Both the position numbers and the translations under genes were made by a program. Of a stretch of 64,000 nt of DNA, positions 12,589 to 26,340 are shown one piece after another. The DNA is taken from NCBI GenBank assembly GCA_951406725.2, contig OX597822.1, positions 111,228,001 through 111,292,000 on the forward strand, read 5' to 3'. The notes beneath the pieces are model-generated. The model ran no database searches. It saw nothing but the letters and a program-made list of their open reading frames with translations, and was not told the origin of the DNA. The DNA is from Octopus vulgaris (lineage: Eukaryota). The stretch's first letter is position 1. Every line of letters begins with the position of its first letter.

Positions 12589-14442
12589 GTTTATCTATCT
12601 ATCTATCTATGTATTTCAACCTATTTCTTTTCCTACAATGTTCTGCACCGTTCCACTATTCAACGAGCATAATACCTTTTAATACATATACACCTATCAT
12701 CACACTAAAGGAATTTACTACATAAATGGACTATATATCACCAGAATGTCCCTGTTATTGCCGAATATTTGACACATCATTTCTTTCCCTGTGAAAACTA
12801 CACAAATCACTCGCCTGTTGTTTTGCCATTTGTAGCAAATCCATCGCCACCACAGTAGATATTTTCAACCAATTACTAAACTGCAATTTTTTTGTTTTTT
12901 GTAAGAATTCTTCTACACACCAAAGTCTGTAAATTCTTCCGCTGATTCCCTACCGATTCTAAACACCTACACCTCCTTAAACGTATTCAAACCTCACTCA
13001 CTCATCACATATGAATAGATACATCATGTTCTTTTACAGCTATATATTAAAGCAACCACCCTCATATCGCCTATCTCCACTTCGCTGACGCAGTTGAATG
13101 TAAAACAACTCACATACTCCCATTATTTCATTAACCTCTCTGCATTAGATATAAACATCACTCCTTTCACATGATATTATTTCATTCGCTTATATTTTAA
13201 CTCTGTGTGTTATTGTCGAAGTGCACCGTTCTACTTTGTCTCTTCATATCCTAATCACATAGTTTGTTATATTAATTACTTGTTTTGAGGTGGATCGATG
13301 GTGTTTCACCGACATCGGTCTTACGATTTTCGTTTTATTTACAACTGTGACACTAATGAATTAATGAAGAGAAAATGACAGGTCATTTGGGAAAAGAAAA
13401 CTTGCCACCGCTTTCTATTGAATAATGCACTTACTCAAAGTACTCGCAAGAGAAGCTTTCTTTCCTATCATTCCCAGGTCATTCACACACATACATGCGC
13501 GCGCACACACATTCACACAAGCTCCTACCACAAGAATCATTGTTCAACCCTGAGAAACCGATCTCGGTTGCGACAAAATAGAATTTTCAGAGTAACTTGT
13601 AACCAAATCTGTTTGATGGAGCGACAACCATTCACCAATAAAGATTTTATAAAATACCATTTTATCAAAAATAATGCATAGCTATATTAAATATATTTTG
13701 ATTATAAAGAAAATATTTAATCACAATATATTAAAAATTTATTAAATTATAACCAATACCTTAAAAAATTAATAAGCAACTGTCTATTGTAAATTGCTCG
13801 GTGGAATAGGATTGCAGAGAAGTATTTGGCTTTGTCACAGACTTATTTAATGAAGTATGCAAAAAGCCATTAGCTTTGATTAAAACTGACATCGAAGATT
13901 TAATTAAATTATTAGGGGGAATTGTTGTATCTTAGTTTAAAACAGTGTTGAAACGCCAGAGAATACACTTTTAGACAAGCAGTAATAAAGCACAATGACT
14001 ACGATAATGGTAACTTCCCTGACTTTTTTCAATAAATATGTTTTGTTGTCATTTAATAAATTATCACTGCGCTCTACCATTTAATTCCTCAGTATTGTAA
14101 GCCAGCACGACAGAACTGTTGAACAAATTTACTAATAACATAAGTCTATTTATACATTCGTAATTACTTCTTAATATATTGAGAGTTTGTTCTTATAATC
14201 ATGCTGCTCTCATTGCTATGACTACCATATTTACAGAACGACATTGTTTAAAAAGCAAGTCCACACTAGAGTACAAATACTGTATGTCGAAGAATGGACG
14301 GTGGAGATGTTAACAGGAAACGACTTCGATTTCATTTGGAAGCAAAATAACTTAGTTGATACTAAAAAACGCTTGTGGAAGGTAATAACCTATAATAATG
14401 TCATAGAAATTGCAAATTGTATTGAGAGAAAAAAAGGTAACA

Positions 14443-14484
<42 letters not shown>

Positions 14485-14860
14485 ACATTTAATACGGTAA
14501 GAACGAATTTTATTAAATCATGTTATGTTGATTGTACGTATATGGTCTTTTATATCAGTTTTTGTGTTTGGGAAATTCATCGTTGCCACTTAAATTCACA
14601 AGCATAAGTAGGTGCTTTATTAGTTCATTATTTATTATCCTCTTATGAGCTACGAATTGAGGGAATCGATAGAACGTCGGAAAATATTTCTTATACCTGA
14701 TTGTTAGGTGTCTTAGCATTCTGGGTTCAACATTTTATTTCATGCCTTAAGACCCGTTAAAATAAACTATCAGTTATCTATTTGAGTCAATGTATACGTA
14801 TAACACTCTCCTCTCAAAATTGCTTTACTTGTGTCTAAATTAGAAAAATGATTTTTCTTC

Positions 14861-15280
14861 GGATCTTTTCGGTTTGACCGGCAGTTTTTTCTAGCGGTTT
14901 CATATGAAATTGTCACCCATAATTATGACCCTAGTAACGATCTATTGCATTTCAATCTGTTTAGGGTTAGTTAGGTTTAGTTAGGGTTAGGGTTAGGGGT
15001 AGGAGGAAGGGTATCTTTTTTCTTCAGAAATGTAACTAAACCCAAGCCGTTTCTTAAACGAGGGACATATTCATACGGCACAGAATGTTTTCACCTCAAT
15101 AGATTGGTTGAAATTGCAGAAATTGAAGAAAAAAACAACAATTATCTTACAAACAATAGAAATTCCTTAATGAAGAGAAAAATATGTTTTATAAACACAT
15201 TCTACCAGTATACGAAGTTTAAAAGTGTTTAGTTACGTGGAAATTATTTTTAAAAACTGCCGGTCAAACCGAAAAGATCC
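14861..15280. mobile_element. MITE with 29-bp TIRs and internal TTAGGG-like repeats
   Basis: TIR GGATCTTTTCGGTTTGACCGGCAGTTTTT at both ends; flanks ttttcttc/tttccttc (8-bp TSD, 1 mismatch); second copy at 26341. Confidence 0.9.
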
Positions 15281-16450
15281 TTTCCTTCTAAGTATCAAAC
15301 GTTTTAGACACTCAACTGTAATCATTCCACTTATCATACTATATCTCTCTTAAAATTATTATTCTCTCTGCTTTATCGACTTCATATTTGCATGTTTTCT
15401 CCTTTATTGATGTAACTTGTAGCATCTGTAATGCCACGCATGTTTCTTTTGATGTATACATACATGCGTTATCCTAGCATATGTTTGTTGGTCGTGGTGT
15501 TGTCGTTACCTTGTATAGAGTTAAATCAAGCTCTATCGAAGCAATGGTCATAACATTCCTGTCAAGAACATACCGCTATATTTTCAGATAAAATGACCTT
15601 TCATTTATAAGGTGTTAATTTGCTGTTTGATGGCAACACAGCTGCTATTTCTCCCAAATCATGCAACCATTTCGATGTTCTCCATCTTTTACTTTCATTC
15701 TTTCTTGTTTGGGTATTAGCGATATAAGCGGCAATGTGAGTGTGAAAACGGTGGTGTGAGTTTCTGTGTAGTTTTATTTGTAAGTTACTTTCATTTTTCC
15801 ACTGATTTTTTTTTTATCGTCACTATCTCCATGGTGACGCGAGTGTTATCTTAATCATATTATAATGGCTCACAGTCGATAAGTTTGGGTTGGGAAAGGA
15901 CTTTGAGTAATGTTGCTCCATCAATCAACTCAGCAGATGTATTTCAGAGATCCAGTTTTATAGTCATCCATAGAAGGGAGATTTATCACATCTCTCCACC
16001 TATTGTTTCTAGTCACCTTCCATCCCTTTGATTTTCTATTGATTAGCTGTAGCTCATACAGGGTCAAGATGACTTAGTTGTAAAGGCTTAGTGTTTGCCT
16101 TTAAATTGTTTTCCCTTCTGAAAACTCATCAGATTAATCGGAAATATTATGTTAGAAATCAGTATACAGGTAAAAAAAAATACATCTCTAATGTGTTCGT
16201 TAACATATGGATATACATTGCTTTCATTACATAACTATTATGTCGGAATTACTCTGTATACGTATACACAACCCCTCATACACGTATGGACACCAGTATG
16301 CCTGAGGGGTTAGGAAATCCGCTTTATAACTATGTAATTTCGAGTTTAGTTCCACAGCGCAGGACCTTGGACGAGTGATTGTAACTAAAGCTCTGGTCCG
16401 TCTAGCGAGAATTTGGTGTAAATATATACGTACATACATACATACATACA

Positions 16451-16486
<36 letters not shown>

Positions 16487-16497
16487 TATATATGTAT

Positions 16498-16666
16498 AGG
16501 GATAGTTTACGAAAAAAACAAAAGACGAAGACAGGTGGTGTACAAAACAAACAGATGTATTAGTATAACGCTCAGGAATAGAAAAAGTCTTTGACGTTTC
16601 GAGCCTATGCTCTTCTACAGAAATGGACACAAAAAAAAACAAGGAGAGAAACAAAGCCATTATCAT

Positions 16667-16670
<4 letters not shown>
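16498..16670 (-). mobile_element. Family D element with hammerhead-like motif
   Basis: Minus strand TTT-CTGTAGA-A-GAGC-atag-GCTC-GAAAC-GT-C-AAA at 16589-16624. Confidence 0.75.
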
Positions 16671-16719
<49 letters not shown>

Positions 16720-16736
16720 TATATAGAGAGACACAC

Positions 16737-16783
<47 letters not shown>

Positions 16784-16798
16784 GATAGATAGATAGAC

Positions 16799-16853
<55 letters not shown>

Positions 16854-16854
16854 G

Positions 16855-16945
<91 letters not shown>

Positions 16946-16976
16946 AGAAGATAGATAGATAGATAGATAGACAGAC

Positions 16977-17060
<84 letters not shown>
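16737..17060 (+). repeat. (AGAT)n microsatellite
   Basis: Direct read. Confidence 0.98.
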
Positions 17061-17061
<1 letters not shown>

Positions 17062-17725
17062 CCACCCTCCATTTCGTCCTGATAAATAGGCATTAAACCG
17101 AAAATATGGAGATATAAAGTAAAGTGTGGAGTGTTCTTGTTTTCCATGGATCTGTTACCATTCTTTTCTGTATCAAGTTTTAAGCGATTTTATTAAATAT
17201 CAGAGGAAGCTTTATTCGAACCACACTACGCTAACGATACACACAAACACTTATGTGTATGTTTGTGTAAATGCTTGCGTATATATGTATGAATACATAT
17301 CTATAAGCATATGTACACGCAGAAAAACACGTATCCACTTATTGCTGTAATATATATGTATATAATCCTATCTTTCTTCAATTTCCTGGATGTTGTGAGA
17401 AAACTATTCATGCGAGATGAATCTCTATAACCCTTAGCATAATGAATGCGAATAATACTTCCTAGTGCATGTTTAATATTGTTTCACAGGAATTTCTGAA
17501 GTACTGACAAAAAAGAAAAAAAGATTAAAAGTAGTATAGAACACATCAGGATAACTTGCTGACAAGATTGTTTTATATTGCGTTTTCGAGGCCGCCAGCC
17601 ACTGATTGATGCTTTAACTTCGCACCGTGATGTAGTAGAAACAGTAACCATATCTTAAATGTATGTATATATATATATATATATATATTTAAATATATAT
17701 ATATATATATATATATACATACTGT

Positions 17726-18531
<806 letters not shown>

Positions 18532-18981
18532 TATCAGATATATTATCATCGCAAGGAAGCATTTTAGATGTTGCTCCGCAAAATAAATCATAAACACAAA
18601 CTAACTGACAACAGCGGCAGTTGATATAACAACAACATCAACAGTAACGCCCACTATTTTCTGATATTTATACACTCTCTGTGGAAATAAAACAAAGTCT
18701 CAAGCGAAGAATGTGTTACGCAGTGTCGCATTTACGATTCTAGAATTAAGAATGTTCGATAGAATTGTGTTCGCTTAGTCACTTTGTCATATATACAAAA
18801 ATATCAGAGAATAACGTACGTTGATTGCATTAACGCTGAAGACATCTTCTCCCATTTCATATCGTACATACAAACGACATTAAATAAAAAATACTTCTTG
18901 GAATTCATTTTTGCGATGCTATTCTAATTCTATTGGCAGCAAGCAAATCTTTCTGATTATAAGGGCATACACACACACACA

Positions 18982-19022
<41 letters not shown>

Positions 19023-19057
19023 ATCTGTATATAGTATGTAGTATGTATAAATGTATA

Positions 19058-19807
19058 CAGGCATACTTCACCCTAGGTTGTTAATTGGTTCCAGAAGACA
19101 CGATTTAAGCCGAATTAACTTGTCTGTAGGCTAGGCTAGGCCGAATTTACTTGTCTCTAGGCTAAACCGATAATAACCATTCCTAGTTCTGTACTTTATT
19201 TATGAATGCATTTTCAATAATACATGATTTGATATGTTTGATATGTGCTAAAATCTTGTCCTTATTATGTACAATCGTCGTTACAGTTGTCCGACTCATC
19301 CCAACAGATCGTGCAATTGCTACCACTTTTCCACCTTTTTCATGGCGTATTATCATAGCCAGTTTATCTTCCAACGTTATCGCATGCCGCTTAGTAATTT
19401 CACTATGAATTTTCTTAGGAGCCATGGGAGCAAAAAATAAAGACACAAACGAATGAGAATGAGAAGTAGCCGATCATCAGAGGTAAACAAATCTGAATTC
19501 AAAACAATCGCGGGAATCATGAGTGACAACGACGCCTAAAAGTAGATATTGGAACTACAGTGCAATATAAGCTCCGAAAGACTGATAAATAAGATAACAC
19601 AGCTGATATCATGATTTCGTTCACTAGGCTATACTACTTTATGGTGTGTTTCTTAACATTTACTCGACGTATCTAAATAAGATTTTATATGCTTTTATTC
19701 TCATTTATTTACAGTAACATGATTTTATGTGTTTTTAACGGTTTTGCGATTCCAATATTTTGAAAACCAACGTATAATCGAGAACGACTTACGCCGAGGT
19801 ATGCTTG
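19058..19807 (-). mobile_element. Tigger/pogo internal-deletion derivative
   Basis: Ends TA-CAGGCATACTTC and CGAGGTATGCTTG resemble the Tigger TIR CAGGCATACCTCG; contains an HTH ORF. Confidence 0.8.
19183..19425 (-). pseudogene. Truncated pogo/Tigger transposase, CENP-B-type N-terminal HTH only
   Basis: MAPKK...KRHAITLEDKLAMIIRHEKGGKVVAIARSVGMSRTTVTTIVHNKDKI. Confidence 0.8.
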
Positions 19808-19817
19808 AATATGTATA

Positions 19818-19890
19818 TATTTCTTTACTACCCACAAGGGGCTAAACATAGAGAGGACAAAACAAGGACGGACAAAGGGATTAAGTCGAT
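19818..19890 (-). mobile_element. SINE family B tail
   Basis: atttctttactacccacaaggggctaaac...gattaagtcgat. Confidence 0.75.
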
Positions 19891-19899
19891 TGAATATGT

Positions 19900-20268
19900 A
19901 TAGTCTTGGGAAAACCATGGTAACGCTTACTCCTGCGCCAGGACAAACATATTCTGAACCAAACAATTTTGTGAATGGAATAAGGTTAGAAGACATTGAC
20001 ACCTTTGTGTACATTGGACGCACACTGTCAAGAGATGGTGGACCTGATGCAGAGATTTACTATCGAATTGAGAAGGGAAGTGTTGCATTTGGAAAGCTAG
20101 AAAGGTGAGTATGGGCAGGTAGAAGGTTTTCCCTGCAGACAAACATCTGTGTTTATAAAGCCTGTTTATTGACTACATTAATTTATTAAAACAAAACTCG
20201 GACAACTGACAAGCCTTACATGAAAATACAGGTGAAATTTCATCAAAAGTGCCCCAGACGTATCTTGT
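19900..20268 (+). pseudogene. RTE-clade LINE fragment (region C-terminal to RT)
   Basis: KTMV..PAPGQTYSEP..VNG.RLEDIDTFVYIG.TLS..DAEI..RIEKGSVAFGKL, then frameshifted VW..ICVYKACLLTT..FHQKC.RRIL. Confidence 0.8.
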
Positions 20269-20817
20269 TTTCCTCGTGATTAAGGCTAAAGTGCAACCGG
20301 GAGCTAGCAGCGTGGAGATGTGGCGACTGCCGATCGCCGCTTTCTAGCGATCGCTCCTTCGACTGCAAGTATTAGCTCTAGAATTGCAAGTAATCCTCCT
20401 TTCGACGAGGACAGGCCGACGCTATGCGCGTATATATGTATGTGTTTACATAAACACACACACACACACATACTCTCACAGAATTCTAAACATCACGTAC
20501 ACACACAGGCATAAAAACACACGCACACAAACACTTACATAAACACACACACATACATATCATATATTTGTTTATGAAGGAAATGCTGAGAAGCAAAATA
20601 TCACAGACTGTTTCCTTGGGAATAATCATAATTATACAATTACGTAATGTTAATTTTTGATAAGCTTAATTTAAAGCTTGTAGCAATGTTAAGATATTAC
20701 TGAGATGATCGGTGATTTATTGGCTGTTTTTATTTATTAATTCTGATGTAATTTGCTGTTGCTCCATTTGTAAACACACAAATACACATTTCTATACATA
20801 CATACATACATACATAG

Positions 20818-20866
<49 letters not shown>

Positions 20867-20869
20867 TGT

Positions 20870-21220
20870 GGAGGCGCAATGGCCTAGTGGTTAGGGCTGC
20901 GGACTCGCGGTCGTAGGATCGCGGTTTCGATTCCCAGACCTAAAGCTCCACGAGGCTCCGGCAGGGGATGGTGGTGATCCCTGCTGTACTCTTTCACCAC
21001 AACTTTCTCTCACTCTTACTTCCTGTTTCTGTTGTACCTGTATTTCAAAGGGCCGGCCTTGTCTCTCTCTGTGTCACGCTGAATATCCCCGAGAACTACG
21101 TTAAGGGTACACGTGTCTGTGGAGTGCTCAGCCACTCACACGTTAATTTCACGAGCAGGCTGTTCCGTTGATCGGATCAACCGGAACCCTTGTCGTCGTA
21201 ACCGACGGAGTGCTTCCATT

Positions 21221-21222
<2 letters not shown>
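20870..21222 (+). mobile_element. SINE family C
   Basis: ggaggcgcaatggcctagtggttagggctgcggactcgcggtcgtaggatcgcggtttcgattcccagacc; inserted in (TA)n. Confidence 0.88.
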
Positions 21223-21295
<73 letters not shown>

Positions 21296-21311
21296 ATAAT
21301 AAGCAACAAGG

Positions 21312-21622
21312 ATATCCAAGGTAGTGTAGTACAATTGTTTCATGCTACTTAATTTTATTAAACACTGTAAGTATTACATCAGTTTTAAAATGTCGAGCAA
21401 TTTTCAGCCACATATAGAATTTTATATTTAAACGGTCAATGCAAATTTTTATACTTATTTCATTTGCCAACATTACAAAGTATAATAATGAGAATTGTCC
21501 GTTTAATTATAAAATTCTATACGTGGCTAAAGATTGCTAGACATTTTAAAACTGTTGTAATACTTACAGTGTTTAATAAAATGAAGTAGCATGAAACGAT
21601 TTTACTGCAATACCTTGGATAT
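21312..21622. repeat. Palindromic element, ~129-bp arms, ~53-nt spacer, with degenerate hammerhead-like motif
   Basis: atatccaaggta...aaacggtcaat versus attgtccgttt...taccttggatat; minus strand CTGATG...TACTTA/TAAGTA...GAAAC-AATT-GT-A. Confidence 0.85.
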
Positions 21623-21624
21623 GC

Positions 21625-21655
<31 letters not shown>

Positions 21656-21699
21656 AAATAGTAGAGTGAAAAAACGACAGAAGGCTTGAATGTTAAAAA

Positions 21700-21742
<43 letters not shown>

Positions 21743-21769
21743 TTGGGTATGAGACACGTGCCTGCAAAG

Positions 21770-22111
21770 AATGCGTGGCGTTCGATCAGATAATAATATA
21801 AATATATGCATATATGCATACATATATGTACATACTTACATCTATATGTATATATACATGCATATATGGGTGTAGGACATCAGAAAATCGATGACCACAA
21901 TGAGAAACGAAAACATAAAAACAAAAACAAAAAAAATTTAGGTATGTACATATATATATGTATATATGCATATATTCATATATTATTTATCTTTTATATA
22001 TATAATATAAATAATATATAAACATATGCATATATACATACATATATGTACAAACCTAAATAATTTTTTGTTTTTGTTTTTATGTTTTCATTTCTGATTG
22101 TGTTCATCGAT
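21770..22111 (-). mobile_element. Family F fragment with terminal inverted duplication (21888-21973 / 22024-22111)
   Basis: atgcgtggcgttcgatca shared with 40864-40882; atcgatgaccacaatgagaaa... mirrored by ...tttctgattgtgttcatcgat. Confidence 0.65.
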
Positions 22112-22281
22112 AAGCTAAAGCATGCGCACTATGTTTTAACGTCCTAGCACACGTCAGCTGTTTATAGCAGTGCTTGGTAGAAAGGTGTGTAGCGTGTGAT
22201 CGTTGCATTATCTATGACAGAGAAAGATGTCATGCCGATACATGCTCAGAGGCCGACGCAAATTGCAGAACGTGTATGAAG

Positions 22282-22440
22282 AGGGCTTCTTTCAGTTTCT
22301 GTTAACTAAATCCACTCACAAGGCTTTTGTCGGCCCGAGGCTACAGAGAAAGACACGTGTCCAATCTGCCATGCAGTTGAACTGTTCACGGAACCATGTA
22401 GTAGGGAAGCAAGCTTCTTGCCACATACCCACTCCTGCGA
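22282..22440 (-). mobile_element. SINE family A head inserted in the mariner remnant
   Basis: gggcttctttcagtttc...tccactcacaaggc...cactcctgcg. Confidence 0.8.
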
Positions 22441-22444
22441 CTTT

Positions 22445-22730
22445 ATGAGCCACACAGAAATTTACGTTTGGTTCAGACGTCTCCAAAAAGTCGAAAAATG
22501 TCGATATTGACGAACGTTCTGGAAGACCCGCAACCAGCAGAAATGAGAAAAACATCGCAGACTGGCTTTCAGCTGTGATGAGAAATCGTCGAATCACTAT
22601 CCGTGAGTTACCAGAGGATGTGCAGATTAATTACAGTTCAGTGCAGCCCATTATCACTGATGATTTGGGTATGAGACGCGTGCCTGCCAAGTTTGTGCCA
22701 AAACGGCTTTTATCTGACGTAAAAGGCACG
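22445..22730 (+). pseudogene. Mariner transposase N-terminal fragment
   Basis: MSHTEIYVWFRR...DERSGRPATSRNEKNI...NRRITIREL.EDVQI..SSVQ.IITDDLGMRRVPAKFVPKRL. Confidence 0.85.
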
Positions 22731-23613
22731 TATCGAGAATGATGACAACTTTGCGTAGACCTCTGCGCAATTATCACCGTGCTGTTGGCGAAAGTTGATG
22801 CAGATTCTCTGCTCAACTTACTCTGCCATGGTCAATGTGACGAACACACGCTTTACACACATTCCTTCCAAGTAGTGATGTATGTAGTGGAAGTGAGCAA
22901 GGATGTTAAAATGTAGTGTGCACGAACAGCAGCATTCAAGGTCAATCTGTACCAAGCGGCTTTGCTCTGTGTGCTTAGAGTGTCGTTACTATGGCAACAG
23001 TTAATAAATATCCTACTGAAAGTAAATTGAGTGATTTAAAATTGTTTTCCAAATCTTCGATCATTCATGGATTAAAAGATAGATACAAACAATATTTAAC
23101 TGCATCCGAATATGCTTTCAACTCTTTTAACATCGATGAAGGCCATCTTGTAAAGTAAATACATCTAAAGGATTCATGATACTCTGTATATAAAACATCG
23201 CCGTTTTATTGCCAATTCAAAATAATGTGATTGATCAAAATAAAATATCCCTTCTAAAATGTAGAATGTTCTTAATCGAATCCTTTTTATAGGCGCCAAT
23301 ATTCATTCTAATGCGGAATTGTGTACAAATGCTGCTTGAAAATAGATTCTTGATGCAGTTTGTAGCGTTCAGTATATCTTGGGGTCAAGAGTTTTGATGA
23401 ATGTTTTTTGAAGTAAATTAAAAAGAATAAAATATGTGTGAATATATACAAAGTTTCGATGAATCAATCGTAGCGACTTGACACGATTTAAAGAAATCTT
23501 TTTCGCGTTCCTATCTGCTTTCCCATATTGATCAGCAACGGATAAAGCTCGGACGGCCATGTTTATAGTGGACGTGTTTGTACAAGAACTAATTATTACT
23601 GACTACAGGAGCG

Positions 23614-23833
23614 ATAATAATAATAATAATGATAATGATGAGGACGATGATGATAATAATAATAATAATAATAATAATAATAGTGATTACAAGAAGAAGA
23701 AGAAGAAGAAGAAGAAGAAGAAGAAGAAGAAGAAGAAGAAGAAGAAGAAGAAGAAGAAGAAGAAGAAGAAGGAGAAGAAGAAGAAGAAGAAGAAGAAGAA
23801 GAAGAAGAAGGAGACGAAGAAGAAGAAGGAGAC

Positions 23834-23864
<31 letters not shown>

Positions 23865-24056
23865 GAGGCAGAGAAGAAGAAGAAGAAGAAGAAGAAGAAG
23901 AAGAAGAAGAAGAAGAAGAAGAAGGAGAAGAAGAAGAAGAAGAAGAAGAAGAAGAAGAAGAAAGAGGCGAAGAAGAAGAAGAAGAAGAAGAAGAAGAAGG
24001 AGGAGGAGGCGAAGAAGAAGGAGGTGAAGAAGAAGAAGAAGAAGAAGAAGAAGAAG
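23614..24056 (+). repeat. (TAA)n followed by long (AAG)n microsatellite
   Basis: Direct read; explains the poly-K/R/S/L ORFs. Confidence 0.98.
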
Positions 24057-24059
24057 AGT

Positions 24060-26020
24060 GATCAATGCAGAACCAACAGCAGAAGTGGAAGAATTTTGGA
24101 AACAAATATGGTCGTCGAAAGAACAACCTCAGCAAAGATCTATCAAAACATCAAACACAGCACCTGAAAGACTCTGGACTCTTATAACAACGGAACAGAT
24201 CACCGAAGCACTACAAAACCTAAGCAATTTCTGGTTAGGAAGAAGCGACACTTTGGAATGAACATCACGTAAATAGAAGTCCTCTCGAATCAGGAAATAC
24301 TTGAATCCGAGAGTAAAGTTTGGGAAAATACGAAGGATTCTAAATGTGATGCCCTATGATTTAATAAACATAGAACTGACACTAGGCATTTGGAAGAGCA
24401 AAGGAGAGAAAATCAGTGTAGGGTGTTAGACATATATTGAAAAAGTTCAGTAAATAGAAGGCCCCCTAGAAAAGATAAGATTCCAAGCTATTTGTTTCAC
24501 ACAAAAGGTCAACTCGCTTTTACAACGTGAATGCAGTACAATCGGCGCAGGAATGAACGGACAATTGTATTACAAAAGTTATGAGAAAAAAGCTTCTAAG
24601 AACTACAGACTCACAACTCATATTTTAGTTCGGTATTAGTGATACGGACATATATCTCCCTCATTAATAACAACCTTTCCTTGATGGTAAAATGGCTGTG
24701 AATGTGGGTCATATGATGCAAAGATCGACTATTGATTTTAAAAAAAAAACGATTCCTGACGATTGTTGAAAAATAAACAAAAGGTATGACTCAGGGGCCT
24801 AGATAGACTACAAGAAGGTTTTTCATAGTCTTCCTCACAGTTCGGTTCAGAGAACATTCAAAATTTTACCAGAAATCTGGAATTTTGTATCTCATGTTAG
24901 CAAACTCTGAAAAACGGCAGCGATTCTCAATACAGACGGTACAATAATTAACTCAGAAGTCAATATTAATTGTGGAATCTTTCAAGGAGTCTCGATTCTC
25001 ATTTGTTATTTTTGTTAACACAGTTTTCCCTAAGGAAAATCTTGAATAAAACAAATATTAGATCATTGATCATCTACTCTGTGTGAGTGACTTAAAACTG
25101 TTTGCGAAAAATGATCAACTGCAGGCACAACTTTCTCGCCGTCAAGCAATGTATTGGAGACATCAAAATTAAATTGCTCTTGAAACATTCTGCAAGTTCA
25201 CATTCATTTTTTATTGACCACTGGAAGGGGACAAACAAGGACAGAGAAAGGATTGCAGCCAATTACATCGACCCCAGTGCGTAACTGATACTTATTTAAT
25301 CGACCCCGAAAGGATGAAAGGCAAATTCGACCTCGGCGGAATTTGAACTCAGAACATAGCGGCAGACGAAATATCGCTGAGCATCTCGCCTGGGGTGCTA
25401 ACGGTTCTGCCAGCTCGCCGCCATTCTCCAAGTTTACATCTACCAATGGACATCTACCGAACACATGCAATATCATCCTAGGTAGAGATAACAAAATATA
25501 AGAATAAGAACCTAGTGACAGTTAAAAGTAGTAGGTGAAATGATGCGATAAATGAGAGAAAGCATAAGAAAAGAGTAATGTCGAAGAGTTGAATGTAAAA
25601 ATCAAAATTGGACCCATAATCGTGCTGGTCATGCGTGTAATCACATACAGCTTCAAGGTTAGAAAGCAGTCCATCTCCAAATTAACGCAATTGATATCAA
25701 AATCCGGAAGCAGATGAGAAAGCTTCGTATGCATCAGACAATGACAAACATAGGCCGAATATACCGAATATACCTTCTGAGGAAAGAAAGCAGTGGAGCA
25801 TGAATACACTCTCAGCTCTCATTGAATATTGCAACCATGGGACATTCTACGTACCTGCAAGAAGTAAACGGATGGGTGGGAAAACTTGTTGTGAAATATG
25901 AAGATACAAAAAGTTGCGCTTAGTGATGACAAATGCAAAAATAGGCCTTCGAGAAATGCAACTGAAGAATGTGTGACATAGCAAATTCAGCTGACATGGC
26001 AAAAAGAATTGAAAAGAAAT
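24060..26020 (+). pseudogene. Decayed R4/Dong-like non-LTR retrotransposon RT, interrupted by a SINE
   Basis: Frameshifted motifs EVEEFWKQIWS, N*KAP..DKIPSY, A*IDYKKVFHSLPHS, INCGIFQG, DHLLCVSDLKLFAKND, YL.RKE. Confidence 0.75.
25205..25421 (-). mobile_element. SINE family B
   Basis: cgaccccgaaaggatgaaaggc...ggcggaatttgaactcagaac...ctgccagctcgccgcc. Confidence 0.88.
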
Positions 26021-26023
26021 ACA

Positions 26024-26254
26024 TATTTCTTTATTGCCCACAAGGGGCTAAACATAGAGGGGACAAACAAGGACATACATAAGTATTAAGTCGATTATAT
26101 CGACCCCAGTGCGTAACTGGTATTTAATTTATCGACCCCGAAAGGATGAAAGGCAAAGTCGACCACGGCGGAATATGAACTCGGAACGTATCGACTGACG
26201 AAATACTGATACGCATTTCGCCCGGCGTGCTAACGTTTCTGCCAGCCCGCCGTC
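26024..26254 (-). mobile_element. SINE family B
   Basis: Same body and head as 25205 and 47272. Confidence 0.88.
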
Positions 26255-26340
26255 TTAATTAAAAAGAAATATAGCCAAACAAAATAGCCTCCAAAACCAG
26301 TTCGACAAAACGAGCAAAAAATGCACGAGTTCTAGAATTC

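Noticed and set aside
14960-15000. Telomere or chromosome-fusion relic (TTAGGG)
   Set aside because: Short degenerate tract internal to a TIR element present twice.
20870-20945. tRNA gene (also 57313, 39760, 11410, 30270)
   Set aside because: tRNA-like heads continue into shared SINE bodies and lack a clean cloverleaf and terminator.
23559-24167. 202-aa poly-Lys ORF and poly-R/S/L alternatives
   Set aside because: (AAG)n microsatellite open in several frames, running into a LINE relic.
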